Source of the DNA: Mizuhopecten yessoensis | Lineage: Eukaryota | Length of the DNA: 64,000 nucleotides | Direction: 5' to 3' | NCBI RefSeq assembly: GCF_002113885.1 | Contig: NW_018405055.1 | Coordinates: forward strand, 1,106,459 to 1,170,458 | Position numbers and translations under genes: made by a program | The notes under the pieces: generated by a model | Databases searched by the model: none | What the model saw: only the letters and a program-made list of their open reading frames with translations | What the model was told of the DNA's origin: nothing | Part shown: piece after piece, positions 11,608 to 26,600 of the stretch | Position numbering within the stretch: the stretch's first letter is position 1 | Layout of the letters: every line of letters begins with the position of its first letter

Positions 11608-14600
11608 GTAAGTATTTTCATGCTTTAATAATTTATCTGATTTATGTTACAAGATAAGATAATGCCAGGCAGCATCTTTCCTTCTATTAAAGCTAGTAAA
11701 TGTAAATTTTATTGTTGGCTGTACAAAATTCAAGTGAAATAATCATGATCGTTAAAAGTCGCAACAAAGTAAAAGTCTATTCTCCGCATTTCACTATGAG
11801 GTCAACTGATTTCACCAAATATCGGCGGCCTGTTATATTCAGCAGTTAGATGTATATTGTTTATTGAATTTTTCAAATAAGAGAAAATATAATGCTTCAT
11901 TACTATAATATCTGAATTTGCCAAATTGCACAATATATTATTCAGTGTATTTTTATGCTAACACTGGTAATAATATAAGATGTAATATAAATTGTAATAC
12001 AACAGGTAACTTGTTTTGATATCTACAATAGATGATGGGCGACCTTCATCTAGGCAAAGTCGTACTGAGACAGATTCTGAACGCCCACGTTCCCGCCAGG
12101 AATACAGTCGAGACCCAGCCTACAAGGACGGACGATATAGTTCTGCATCAAAAGGAGGTATATATGTGGTAGTTTTATATAATTATTAAGGGTCTAGAAT
12201 GTTTGTCAATGTAAGCTCAAGAGGATTAATACAGTGAGTGTTTTTATGTAAACATATAAACTTTTACCTTTACCTTGTTATTGGGCATGGGACCTCATTT
12301 GTAGTACTTCAGAGGTAGAAATACTGCATGCGCCTTCTAATTTCGTGCAAAGAAACCTTTGATCTGTTCAGGAAAAACTGGTCAAACTTGCAATTACATT
12401 TACAAATTCAGCTCCTTTGCTTGTGATTTTTTATGCCTACTCTTTGTGTACCCGAGTGAGGGACAAATGACCCAACCTACGGCATCGGCTCATGGTTGAC
12501 CACTGTAAAGGTCTCAGTATCATATAGTAAATGGTACAAAAATATCCAACAAAGATCCATTAGGTGTAGTGCAAGATTGCTTGCTTTAATCAGTTGGTTT
12601 AAAGTAATTTGTCCTTGACCCTCTGAAAGTCACAAAGGTCCAATGAATTTGCCTACAACATTCAACATATACTCATTTGCAATATATATACATATATATA
12701 TAATTTGTTTACCAGTAATTGACATGTGCCGCAAAAATATAAATTTAAGATGCTGTCATATTTTCCATTTCTAATCAAGAATAAAGGGAATGCATTAAAA
12801 CACTCAGATCATATATGACATGCTTTTGATTATATGTGTATACCAATATTGACCTAATCATGGTTTACTCTGACAGGATACGACTACGATTACTACAACC
12901 AGCAAGGTTATCATGACAGTCGGTATTACAATCAGGGCTACTATCATGACAGCCGGTATAATTCAGCTTACTATGACGAGTACTACCGTCAGGTCCAAGG
13001 ACAGGATCAAGGACAGTACAATGAACAGTAAGATATCTAATGTTTCTCATTATGCTTTGCTACTCAAATGAGATTGAGGGGAACATCTCAGAAAATGCAT
13101 GGGGCAATTCACAGCAAAGGAGCATGCTTTCTGCCACAATTATTTACTTGTTTATTCTCTTTAAGAAAATACACTAATGTAGTGTAATATGTATTGATGA
13201 TGTGTTCTCTGGCTGTATGTACTATGGCCCAATATACTGGGGGAAAATTGTACCATTGCATGCCCAGAAAAAGAATCCTAGGTAAAACACTGCTAAAGCA
13301 TCAGTTACATGTAAGTATTTCGTTAAGATCTGGGCCTGTATTTGGTACAAATTTTTCAATAGTTTGAATTTGATATAATTCAATAGAATATATGAAGTGA
13401 AGGTGCAGGCAGCTTGATTCACAGGAAATATTTTCAGCTTATATAACTCAGGTGATATACCTTTGATATGATAAATGTGGATGGATTAATCAGCAAGAGT
13501 TCTCCCACATACATTATGATCATGACTTTGTGTATATTTTCCACAAATATGTAATGTGTATACCTGCATGTTGCTAATCAGTTAATCCTATTCTTTACTC
13601 AGGTATTATTAATGAGATCACAATAGTGTCACTTTAACAGTAACTTCCTAGTAATATTTAAGTTATAACTGATTTGTCATGAAACACAAATGTTTGTATT
13701 TCAACTGGCAATACGTTGTACATATATGCGTGCATGCAACTTTTCATTACAAAATTTTAAAAAACCCAGAATTCAGTCTTTTATATGCAAACTTAGTCCA
13801 AGACATCATTTGTCAGTAATTTCCTTGACAAACAGCTTTGCCTCAATGCAGAACATAAGATGCTAGCTGTTGCAAGGACGTTAAATCCCAGACAAACTCA
13901 TTATTCTAAAAAATAACTTTCGTTCTTTTAATGAGGTATTTATGATAAAATTCATATCTCAACAAAACAATTAATGGTCAAACATGAAACAATTGCATAC
14001 TACATTAAGTTAACCTTGATTTTCCAAAGTGATCAGTAAAGTTATATTAACATGTACACATGAGGCATCCCAATTAACATGCTTCCCCTAACAATATACA
14101 AATTATAGGAACCCTCCCTATTAAAAAACATTACTTTGTCACATGTTCAATGTATGTATTTCAATGATGACTTTCAGCTACGATAAAATGATGGACCGGC
14201 ACTACCATCCATACTACGGGTAAGGGAGATAACTCTTGTTTACTGTGTGTGTTGATATTTTTTCCATCATGTTTGCTGACTTTGGAATTTTTACCCTGCA
14301 GCCTTTAGTTTCCCTTGTTGCTGTTGTGCATTTTTCCTGTCTGTGTATAGCTGATCTATCACCAATGTCACCACAGTCATTTAGTTATGGATGAATCTTT
14401 ACAATACTTGGTGGTAGCTCTATTGGTGTTTCCCAGGGTAGATTTAATTGCAAAACACTAGTTATTTCCTCAACATGATAATCGTATCTGCTCTTATTAA
14501 TTATGTTTATTTACACTCTACTCCAAACCAAATACATTTAGTCAACTTTCTTTTCAATCTCTTTGATGTATAATTTGGATAAGAGTGTGATTAAGACATC

Positions 14601-17600
14601 AAAAAGAAAAATCTTTGGGAAGCACCAATTTAGTTTTTACGATGTTGTAGAATTTGAATTAAGACTTTCTGATTGTGTGCACTGCATATCTAATGAGCTC
14701 AATAACTTTCCTTCTATAAACTAATCTCAATATAATACATTTGATCTGTATATTGCTTTGTTTGGAATGAATTATTATTTCATTATTAATTCATTAAATA
14801 CACTTTACTTTTGTGCTAAATTTAGATGTAATATTTAACATTTTAGATTTCTTTTTATTTCAAGACTTTGAAAAGACTGAACGCTGTTCATGAAAATCTT
14901 CATGTTTCCATTATCCGAGATATTTGTTGTGTGGTGGCCTGTTCCTGTTGAGACGTTTGCATTCCTTATCTGTTCTTACTTTCTCATCAACACCCTATTG
15001 CTTTGTGTTAAATCCAAATGTCTGTTCACTTCCTTACCTGTTTTTATTTCTACACATATTAAACAAATTCCAATAAGTGTCATTGTTCTACTCTGATAGT
15101 GATAATTTGGTTTCAGAAATCTGTTTAAAACTGTTCATCATATACATACAGTATTAATGTTCTACTGCAATAGAGATAATATGTAATAATGTATAAAAAA
15201 TCTGTCTTAGCCTGTCTATACATGAAGGGGTTGTCCTTTGTATACACATGAATGCAACACTTAAACAATATCTGAACTTCACTATCAATCTCGTCTTCCA
15301 TAAGATATTTACTGTTTAGTGGGTTAGCATTTGTGTGGACTCCATTTCATTATATTTAATCCTTTTACTTCCACATTATCCAATCTTTGTTAGGTTGTTA
15401 AACTTCCTTTTTATTTATTCACTCTTTTCAAAAGATAATTATATATTTGATTCAAAATTTGTACATTGCTGTCATTTTTTTTTTTTTTTTTTGAATATTT
15501 TGTACATTTATTAATTCATGTAAAATCTCAAATTCTACTCACAATTGTTATAATTCCTACACTAAGTAAGCAAGTTGTGCCAATTCTAGTACATGTATCA
15601 CCCTGCTATTCTTACACTGTTTCCCAAAGCTTCACCTATTGATGACCACAACTTTCCCTTTGTACTGAAAAGTGTAAATGCCAAAGGTCCCAGGACATTC
15701 CTTTGTGTGCTGTTCTATATCTAGGTGCCTGATGTGTTTTCTACATTATAGGGCTTATGTATTTCCTTGTTTCAACTTTGTTTATACAGATAAACCACAT
15801 TCCTTTCATTTTTATGTTGTGATGTTTTGATATTTTTCAAACCAAATGATCACACTATTTCTGTTTTTGTTCAATCTCATAAGAAAAAGTATTTAGCCAG
15901 CTTATAAATTATCTTTTTATAATGTACAAGCTTCAGGCTTTTTATGATAAATACTCAATTCCTCTGGATCGCTCTATATACATGTACCTTATGCTTTTTG
16001 AATTCCATCCTATAAATAATTATGACCAAGAATATACATATTTGTGCAAGATTAGATATTAATGTATATACTTACCTTCAGGTCTGTGTGAAATATATCA
16101 GTCAAAGTATTTCAAGATTATTGGATGGAAATTTGTTTGCAGTGATATTGTGTTGGTATATTGATAAAGCTATAGGGTGTAAGTTTGAGTTACTGACAGC
16201 AAGGAGGCTGTGGATTAGGAGTTGTTCACAGTTGCTACATGTATTTGCTGTGAGTCGCAGTCACTACATGTAGGTATATAGGAAGTGAGGTACTTGCAGT
16301 AACGAAAGACTTTGAGTTACTCACAGTAGCTTTATGTAAAGATGCGAGTTACAAAAGCTATTTGATGTGAAATACTCATATTGGCTATATGCTGTGAGTT
16401 ACTTGCATAACTAAAGGTTTTAAGTTACTCTCAGTCAATTTTTTATTAAGTGAATTGCTTACCAGGGGCCTGTTCTTTTATCCGGAACAACCAGTTCGTC
16501 CGTTTTTAAAATGTAACAATTTTGGGTATAAATCCTTGCAGACCGGCAAATGTTTATGCAGGCCTGAAAGCAGCATCTGATTACTAGGTCCGACCTTATT
16601 TATTTAATAAACGAACAACTGTGGTCCGACCAGTTTCACCGCTGAAACGAAAAACGGCCTTAGTCTATACATGTATATGAATTGTACATTATACAGGTCA
16701 CTCTAACTAGCTACGTTTTTTGAGTTATCCATATGACTATAGGTTTTGAGTTACTCTCATCATTAGATTTAGTAAGTGAGTTGTTTACTTACAAGCTATA
16801 TCATGTAAAATGCAGGTCACTTTAACTGGCTATGTGTTTTGAGTTACTCCCAGTCCTAGTAACTATATGCTGAATTGCAGTTACTGCTATAGACTGTGAG
16901 TTACAAAAGGGCAGATATACTATAGGGTGTGAGTTCTAGTAGCTATAGGCTGTATATAATTCTTATTTATTACTGTGTCCTTTATTGATATAATGAAAAT
17001 TAGTCTTCACTGTGACTTAGCACCAATGTTTATAGGCAACAATAATTTAACAAACGTAACATCTTTTGCACTTCCTTTTCTAATGGGAATAACTTTGCAT
17101 CGTAAATGGCATAGGCTCTCAGGAAAATGTGTTGCATTATAATAGAGCCAAAAATCAAATATAGTCACCCACACAGTCAAGGACAGATGGAAACGTTAAT
17201 GAATAGAAGTGTGAGAATGCAGTAGCTAGTGAAGGCGGTGTTCTGCATCATCACACCTAACCGCCATTCAGCATGCGTTTATGATGATGCATCATGGCCT
17301 GTTCCAGCTATCCATCCGAGTACTATAGCCAGGGTTATGAGGACGACCAGTACAGTCAGCGCAGTCAGTCACGGGGAGCTCACACCCCAGCCTCCTTACT
17401 GGAGGACCAGCCGTAAGTGTTAAACCTACCGCCCAAACAGTTGTCTCTAACTATGATCATTTATTGCAGTGATTTCAGAAACATCTGCAGATTTCAGTAT
17501 GCTGCCATCGTTGTTATATTCCAGGCCATTATACCTTTGCAATGCCTTAACATGGATGTATGAACCTGATCTATACTGTATATGAAAGTTTATAGGTTTA

Positions 17601-20600
17601 AGGTTCAGTACATAGATAAGCACTTTCATGCCAGCAGCAATTATGATTCTGTAACAAGTCACTGAGCTGGTACTTGATTTTGAAGTCACTAGTTTGACAT
17701 TTACTGATGTCATTGCTCAATATTTGACATTAAGGGTTTGACGATATTTTATATATTGTCAACATTTAACAGAAAAAAACATTTGTTTAGAGTATATTCA
17801 TCGCATTTCAGATATGTGACATCTAAATGAAATTGAGTATGTGAAATCTTCAATAAAAATTCTAACTAAAAATCAATCAAATACCAGTTATGCACACAGT
17901 TTCAGTCAATATAATAGGTAACAAGTTTATTTTTCTTCTATATTTCATGTATCATTTACAGTGAATTTCTACGAAATCAGGTATGCCATACTTACTATTG
18001 AAACAAAACAGTTGCATATAAATGAGAATTTTCTGAATTTTTCTATCATAATTATTCCATAAATTTCAGTTATTCAAATTTTTACTTGAACTGACAAAAA
18101 TAATTTCCTTTAAATAATTTGGCACATCTTTTAACCGCTCAACATAAAGAACTAAAAGTAAATCATGACAGCAAGTTTAGATACTGGAATTCTCATTTAG
18201 GATGCTTACCCAGGTAGTTTGTTTCAATAGCATCACCATTGATTTCAGCACTATACACTGAAAACATGTAGAATTACATAAAATACAGAAGAAAAACAAA
18301 CATGATGGTGACCTTTAATTTGACACAGAACTGCATTTATCCTATTGCTGCTTTGAGAGCTAGGTTTTCTGCAGTTAGTCAGTTATACCACATAGGGTAT
18401 TTGGTTTTTGGATTCACAAATGCCCATATGTACAATTATACAATATTAATATTGCACTTGGTTAATATGGCAACATGCTTTATGAACATGTTAATTGAAG
18501 TCATACTATTCATTAAGGTTACTTGTATTGATATATCATTTTTAATCACGTATTTATGTAGTATATTCTTGTTTATATCCTTACTAATATACCCAAAAAT
18601 GAACATGGTATTGATAGATGAGTCCCTGTATAACACATAGGTGTACTAAGTTATATCTGCATACTACCATAACAATGGTATTGGCGTTAATGCTGGATGT
18701 GCATGAGGTGTACTGCATGGGGAACATGGAACTGTATCGTGTATCATAAATCATTTGATTCCAGGTGTTTTTTTCCAGCATATTTTTTTCTATTAATCAA
18801 GAAGTGATAAGACTCCTATTTTGGTTTAAAAGTAAACATGTTCGGGAATATATGTAGACATTTCATGGATTAGAGATAATTAGGGGACAGTAAATTTGGA
18901 TATCCTCACTGTTACTATATATTATGCTCTGCTCTGCCACTACTCATGTATACATGTATGTAGACCTACCAAAGTCAGCTGTAAGTTATGATACCATGTA
19001 TTGTTCCTCTAGAGTGAGGTTCATTACTTATTGCAATGTCACAATAATTAAAGCAATGGAGTGTCAGCTTGCAAATACTGGTTATAGGCTATATTCCATA
19101 AAATGAAAATTTACCTCAAATTTGAAGAAAAAAAATGCATTTTGAATATCAATTTAATTTCTAAATCAATGAAAAATATACAGGTATATATACAGGAAGG
19201 AAGAGACTAAATATGACCTAGGAGTTGACTTAGATTATGATGTTACAGGGAGTAAATCAGTGTTGCTATAGATAATGTATATATATATATATTGATAGAA
19301 TTGTGTACAACAGAATCCGTCTAGTAATGTATTATATACTGGTTTGCTAAACAACATTTTAATAAGAAAGCAGATATATTATTCTGTATGAAAATATTCA
19401 GGTATATGAGTAAGAGTGGAGTTAAAGTAAGGTATCATTATTGAAAACCATCATTTTTGTATCTATCTAGAGATGCCTATGGATATGGGGCTAGGACCTC
19501 GAGTCGTGCTGGATATGATGACTACCACAGGAGCCATTACGACCCCTACTATGGGTACAGACAGGGAGGGTACCATTATCAGGACCAAGGGGTCACAGAA
19601 GGTAAGGCAATTTACAATGTCCCTATGAATTCTAGCCTAATATAGGGGCCACCATGACCCCTACTGTCTATATGGCAGTAAATCTAGATAATACGACAGT
19701 ATAATTACCATAGTATGAGAACCTAGAGTGCACAGGAAGTATGGTGATCTATCTCTCTATACAGGGTCATTATGGGCCCTAGTAGAGGGCACAATGACCT
19801 CTATGTGTGGATGTATGTGTAAGTGGAAATTCAGACGTATCTAGTACAGATACGAGAATTGAGGATCCTTGAGGTCACTTCCAGATCTAATACAGGCCAC
19901 TTTGACCCGCTGCTTTATGTTTGTACATTAAGTTAAATCTGGAGGTTTAAACACATTCCCTGTAAGTACATGGTAAGAAGAAGCAAAGGAAAGATGTCTC
20001 CTAATATAGGTTTAATTTACACTCTATCCATCTATCGGTCCATCAGTTGTTTTATATAGCTTGACACCTTGTATACAGTATCCTCAGGTATTGCTGCATC
20101 TGAACATGCAACAAAAAAAGAAATATGATTATGAGTTCAATGTTACCAGGTAGACAATTTATTTCATTGCCTACCACTATTTTGAAGCTGTAAAATGAGA
20201 TATGTTTTTACCAAATGCTTATGAGTAGCTATAGATTGAGATATGTTATATCGTTTTTGTTGAACAGAGACAAAACCTGGCAGAATAACTCCCAAGAAAC
20301 ACACAATTCCACATATGAAGGTTTGCTTTGGCCCTGGAGGTCAACTGGTCAAGGTGCTGCCAAATAACCCAGTGTACGGTCAACCTGCAACAGTTGAGAT
20401 TCACGAAGTAGATGAATTGTTACAAGAAAACATGGAAACTGAAGAGCTCAAATCTTTCCCAGGTCCTGTGATCAGGTCAGTACTCCTTCTCAGGTCCTGT
20501 GATCCTATGAGTAATCTAGATCTTTGTTCCATTTCCTGTGGTCCTATTACAGATCTAGGTGTTGTGATCTGATCAATACTCTCTGCTGTAGGTCCTGTAA

Positions 20601-23600
20601 TCCTATGAGTAGTCTCTGCCCTAGCCCCTGTTATTTGATTAATAGTCTCTACCCTAGGTCCTATGATCAGGTCAGTTTTATCCATTCTAGGTCTTGTAAA
20701 TATCAAACGATGCATAATATTTGAATTATCTCTTTATCTTTATCACAGAGGTGATACCCACAAGAATGATGTTCTAGCCTTCTGCCAACGTAAGGCCAGG
20801 GCCTGTGCAGAGAACATCAACATGATCGATCGTGAATCAGCTGAACTCATCTGGAAACTTCTGGAACTACTCATCAAACAAAATGGGGTAAGAGCAGATT
20901 ATCAGTTATTGCCTATGATGTTATCTTTAAATTGAATTTGGTAAATGTCATGATTTCAGTTTGGCAATTTTATCCTATACAGGGATTTTGGTGGCTGTAA
21001 TATTATCAAGGATCTTCATCTAGAAGTAAAAAAATAAATATCAGTGTTGAAAAAAAATGGATTTGTTTGTTGTACAGACTGTGATGGGAACAGACATTGC
21101 TGAACTGTTGTTGGAGGGCCACGAACCTACCACAGCCGAGTACAGCATGATTGGACTCAAGATTTCACAGAGCATGGACAATCTGGACCAGGAATTGGAT
21201 GACACAACTGAAGTCAATGCCTCTACCTTCTCTGTGACTGACCGCTCCATCATCAACAGAGGTCGGTCCCAAGAGGAAGCTACTGACCGCTTCAGGCATC
21301 TGTTGCTTTATGGACGCAAAAAGGTAAGTGCATATGGCTGTCTGTTATCTGGTACTGAAGAATTTGATGGATATCCTGATACAGTAGTTCTCATACATAT
21401 TGATTCAGTTTGTAACAGTTTTTCAAAACTTGAGTCATCATTCATAAAAACTTAATATTTTCTTTAAAAAGAAATTCACAAAATAAACCAGAACAATTTA
21501 AGTGGTACAAATTTGATGGTGCACAATACCTAAGTTGTCCTCCAATGTATCCCATTGATTATGATTCTTTATAATGTTTTGGCTACAACAAAAATTCCCG
21601 TGGATAGTTCTAGATTGTCTTCTTCTAGAGATCAAGATATTAATGAAGTAATAATGTAAGATATTTACCAGAAAAACTATCAGTTGACGCATTGCAAGAT
21701 ATAGGACTGAGGTTTCAGATTTGAATATTACCATCGATAGTATTAAAATAGTAAAAATTCTTGAAGAAAAAGGAATTTTGTATTTAGCATCCATTTTACT
21801 CAATAAAAGATATTCTCAGTGCTGTCACTAACTTTTGAAATAGATGGTTGACTGAAAAAGAATGGCTGGTTGGATGGTCACATGCCATAATGTTTATTTA
21901 TATGTATCTATTTAATGAGAACACTTGGTCAGTAGCAAAAGTGTGTATACTTGTTTTATCTGGTATTAGACTGTCCCTTATACCTGTTGTCAGCATGTAC
22001 ATGTATTGGAATGTCTCTTACACAAGTTATCACGATATATCAGATTGTGACTTTTGACCTGTTTTCAGGATGCTTTAGAATGTGCCATGAAGAGAAACCT
22101 GTGGGGACATGCACTGTTCCTAGCCAGTAAGATGGATAGCCGGACACATGCTAATGTCATGATTAGGTTTGCCAACACAGCAATGAAGATGAACGACCCT
22201 CTACAGACTCTTTACCAGCTGATGTCTGGGAGACAGCCAGCATCTGTAACTGTAAGCTTACCATGAAGAGCAAAAGCTAACCTGATACTAATAATTAAAT
22301 TAAGTTATAGAGAGTCCTACATGTATATCTTTTGACGATCAAATTTATTCTGCGGTTGAAAACCAAATTGCCTAGAATTTTAGCATGGTTAGACTGAATA
22401 AATGTATTTGAGATATGTAGCTAGCAAGTTCTTCAAGGTAATTCCCTCTTGAAAATTGAAAATTTCAACATTACATATGTCAGTATGTGTTGGTCATTGC
22501 TTTAGCTTCCTTAAAATGCTTTGAAATCAAATATCGGCCTGTGTCAAGGTGTTCAGTTGGCCCACAGTTTTATTGTGATATTTTTGTGTCAGTAGTACTG
22601 GCTTCTTTGGCATTTAACCAAAACATGTGAAAAGTCTCTTATTTTGTAATTAAGAGGCTCAGCTTACGTTTTGTGTTTTGAACATCTACTACTTTTCAGC
22701 ATAAAACTTAACTATGACCATTATTTTGGACAGAGTATAGCTAACGAACGTTGGGGAGACTGGAGGCCTCATTTGGCTATGATTCTGTCTAACCAGGGAA
22801 GCAAACCAGACCTAGATAAGAAGAGTATCATGTCTATGGGCGACACACTAGGTACGACACAAGTCCTGCTGCTCCAGGATGTGTGCAATGTTTTGTTTTA
22901 TTTAAGTTATAACTGCTTGTAATACAGTGTACTGTACAGGCGATTTAAGGGCCTTACATGGTATCTAGTCCTGTATAGATTATTTATTTAGATCTGTTGA
23001 AATAAAAAATTGAAAAAAACCCAAAGTTTTTCTATCCTGATACCTCATCCATTTATCTATATTAATTTTTATCTAAATAAATATTGACTTTTCATTAGCT
23101 ACACAAACACTGAAAAATTAGATTGTATTCTCGATTAACAATTGTGTTGCCAATCATTATCAATTTACTATGAATATTTATAATTACATAATAGATTAAC
23201 TAACTTATTGATTTCTGTAGCTAGGACTTGTGTGGAATATCATTGAATGGATAGATAATAAATCCAATTTATCTAATTTCAGCGTCGAAGGGCTTTTTAT
23301 ACGCTAGCCACTTTTGTTACATAATGGGTCAAGCTTCGTTTGGCTCTTATTTCAAAAAGACTGCTAAACTGGTGCTAATTGGAATCAATCAAAGGTATGT
23401 GACCTCAACCCTAGGTTGCTTTGTCTATATGTGGCTGTCATGGATTGTATAAAAAAATCTTATCAAAAGACAATTCAACATTGGTACTTGCCTTTGCCAA
23501 AACCCTCCCAAAACCCTCCCAAAACCCTCCCCTCCCAAAACCCTCCCAAAACGTCTGTAAGACAACCAGATCAGTTCTATATCTCTGTTTCAACTGTACA

Positions 23601-26600
23601 GATACCTTAAATAGAAGTACCCCAGTTTAACTGACTCAACTGTATAGATACCTTAAATGGAAGTACCCCAGTTTAACTGACTCAATTGTACAGATACCTT
23701 AAATGGAAGTACCCCAGTTTAACTGACTCAACTGTTCAGATACCTTAAATGGAAGTACGCCAGTTTAACTGATTCAACTGTTCAGATACCTTAAATGGAA
23801 GTACCCCAGTTTAACTGACTCAACTGTACAGATACCTTAAATGGAAGTACCCCAGTCTTACTGAAATTGTATGTTCACTGATTGGTATTGTATTTCATAT
23901 AGTAAGTTGTTAAAAGATGTATTGAAAGGTTTTATGATTGTCATGATACTGTTACTAGTAGAAAGGTTTTCACAAAGATGTCACACATATACACTTACTG
24001 GTTGTGATACATACCTTTTCTACTAGTCATGCTTACCCACCTGAAGGAAAAGTGTAGAGTATGATACTGTTACATTTTGAAATTATGTTTGTGCGTAATC
24101 CAAATGTTTATTATATGACTGTCTACTATTTAATATGAAGGTTTATTGAACCTTGGAGCAGTTTACTTCAGAGTAGGATATTTGTTGTTATTATAATCGC
24201 TTGTTTCTGTATGACAGTCTACCTTTGGAGGAGTTCACTACAAATGAAGCTATCCAGTGCACAGAGATCTATGAGTATGCCATGTCATTGGGAAATCCTT
24301 CATTTTTTCTGTCAAATTTCCAGGTAAAGTTTTTTTTCTACTAAGATACTAATGGAATTCAATATTTTATTGAAATATATGTAATTAATATGAAACTCTA
24401 GGTAAAGTTTTTCCTTTTTTTTTTGGAAGATGCTTAATGGAATCTTGAAACAATTGTAATATTTTGTTAATGCATGCATAATGAAATTTTATCAATTTGT
24501 TTTTCCTTGCAATTGTTTAAGCACTGATCAAATTCAAATTACCACTTTTGAGTTTTGTTTTCCGTTTTGAAATTCAGGTAAAAACAAAGATAATTATTTA
24601 AGAGTGCTAAAGGTGTTTTATTGAATGTTTACCGGAAATGAATAAGAATTTAGTTATCATAAATATAATTTAATATTAAATAAAATTCATGTTTCCTTTT
24701 TACATTACAGGTCTTCAAGTTTTTATATGCCTGTAGATTAGCTGAAAATGGATTTCCTCAAGAGGTAAACATCAAACTATTTTGTGTATTCAGTACACTA
24801 AAATTACCTGGTATACGGCACCTTGCCAGAGACTGGGAATGACAGCAACTAAGAAGCATATGCTTACCGGTATTCAAAAATGAAATATTCTATAACAGTT
24901 GTGGGAATTAAATTCAAATTTAAAGGAATTAATGCCTGTATATCGATTTATAAGAGCTACCTCATCAAGTTTAGATGTAGTTGGAAACTGGAACATGTCT
25001 ATATTATTGTTAAGCCTTACATATCAATGGGATCTGTACAAGATTGTATGGGGCATAGAAACCAGTTGCAATTGAGGCCAATTTTCCATCATATAATTGA
25101 ATATTGATTGAAACAATTTCTTTAGAGTAAAATAGGAAAGACAATATACTAAATGTTGCAAAAAAACCCATAACATCCCTGTATGTTCAAGTGTTAAGAT
25201 GTCTAGGTATTGAGTAAACCTTGCATTACTTTGAAGCGAAATGTAAATCTGAAATTTTCATTTTGTTTCAGGCTCTTCAATATTTTGAAGTGATTTCAAG
25301 ATATATTCAGCGTGCTCCAACATTCTTCCAGCCAACTCTAGTCAAATTAGTTTATAACGTAAGTATTATTACTTTGAGCAGTAAAGGAAATGATTGTCAG
25401 ATTTTCAGTACCATGAGGTAGGATTCTTTCTTAAACTTCTCTTTACCTATGAAAAAACATGAAGTATCATGACAATTCATACCGAATCAAGGCCACAACA
25501 GAAAATTACCAAGCTTTGATCCAGAAATATATTTTCAGGCTTAAAGTATGTGTTTTCATATTTCAAATCCTCTCGCTACCTCCCGTGTAACTGAAATAAA
25601 CTAGATAAACTAGAAACCATAAATGTTAAGTACTTTGATACCAGGACAATGTACCAGATATTGCAAGTGTTTGTGTATATTGACAGTTGGCGGACCGGTT
25701 GAAGCACTTTGACCCCCAGAGAATGCATACAGCTGACGATCAGGACCAGGCATGGCTGTTACAGCTACAGAAGATTTCCCAGGGTTTTCAGGTCAGTACA
25801 GATATTTTCATTTCATCATTTTTCTTTGCTTGAAAATGATTTCATATATGACATATAAGAAAGATTGTTTTTATGACTTAGCAATGTTTTGATTGGTATT
25901 ATATTGATTCCACACAACTGTTTCCCATTTTGTTCAAGGTCTTCGAAAATGTAGGAAAAATAATATGGCAATATTGATAAAATAGGTAATTCTGGGTAGT
26001 TTAAGTTTGGTCTCTTAGTATAAACATGATGTTGATGCTTAAGTCTGGTGTTTTGTAGGATGGATCAATCCGACCCCTGTCAGGTAGTGTTACCCCTATG
26101 GGATATGGAAGTACGAGGGCTAGTAGTGAAAGTGCAGAGGTTGCAGGTCTGACTCGCCCAGGATCTGACCTGATGGGTCAAGGTCAGATGGACTACAATT
26201 ACCAGACAGGGTATACACAACAGCAGGGGTACGGCGACAGGCCAGACCAGTCACAGAGCGAGGTGGATGGTCAGACTGAAGGACAGACATTTGTCGGACA
26301 ACAACAGTACAACTATAACTATCCTCAAACTGGACAGCAGACACAGGAGCAGTCCCAAGGGGAACAGCAAGCCCAACAACAGTACACAGAGCAACAGTAT
26401 ACAGACCAACAACAACAACAGTACAACCAGGAACAGCACACTAACTACAATAATTACTATCAACATGGTATAGTCTTCTTCTCTCTTACAAGTATAATCT
26501 ACAAACTTACAGTACAAAATTGTTGTACTCTGGCTTTAAAGACAATGGCTATGTCAATACAACCACTTTAATGTATGAACATCAAGTTTTCCCTGTTGTA

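Noticed and set aside
8962-11628. Several alternative-frame and antisense ORFs inside the large SEC16 exon
   Set aside because: Shadow ORFs of a low-complexity coding exon with no independent signals.
18201-18213. Possible 13-nt microexon (tag|GATGCTTACCCAG|gtagtt)
   Set aside because: Weak donor, short pyrimidine tract, and phase incompatible with flanking exons.
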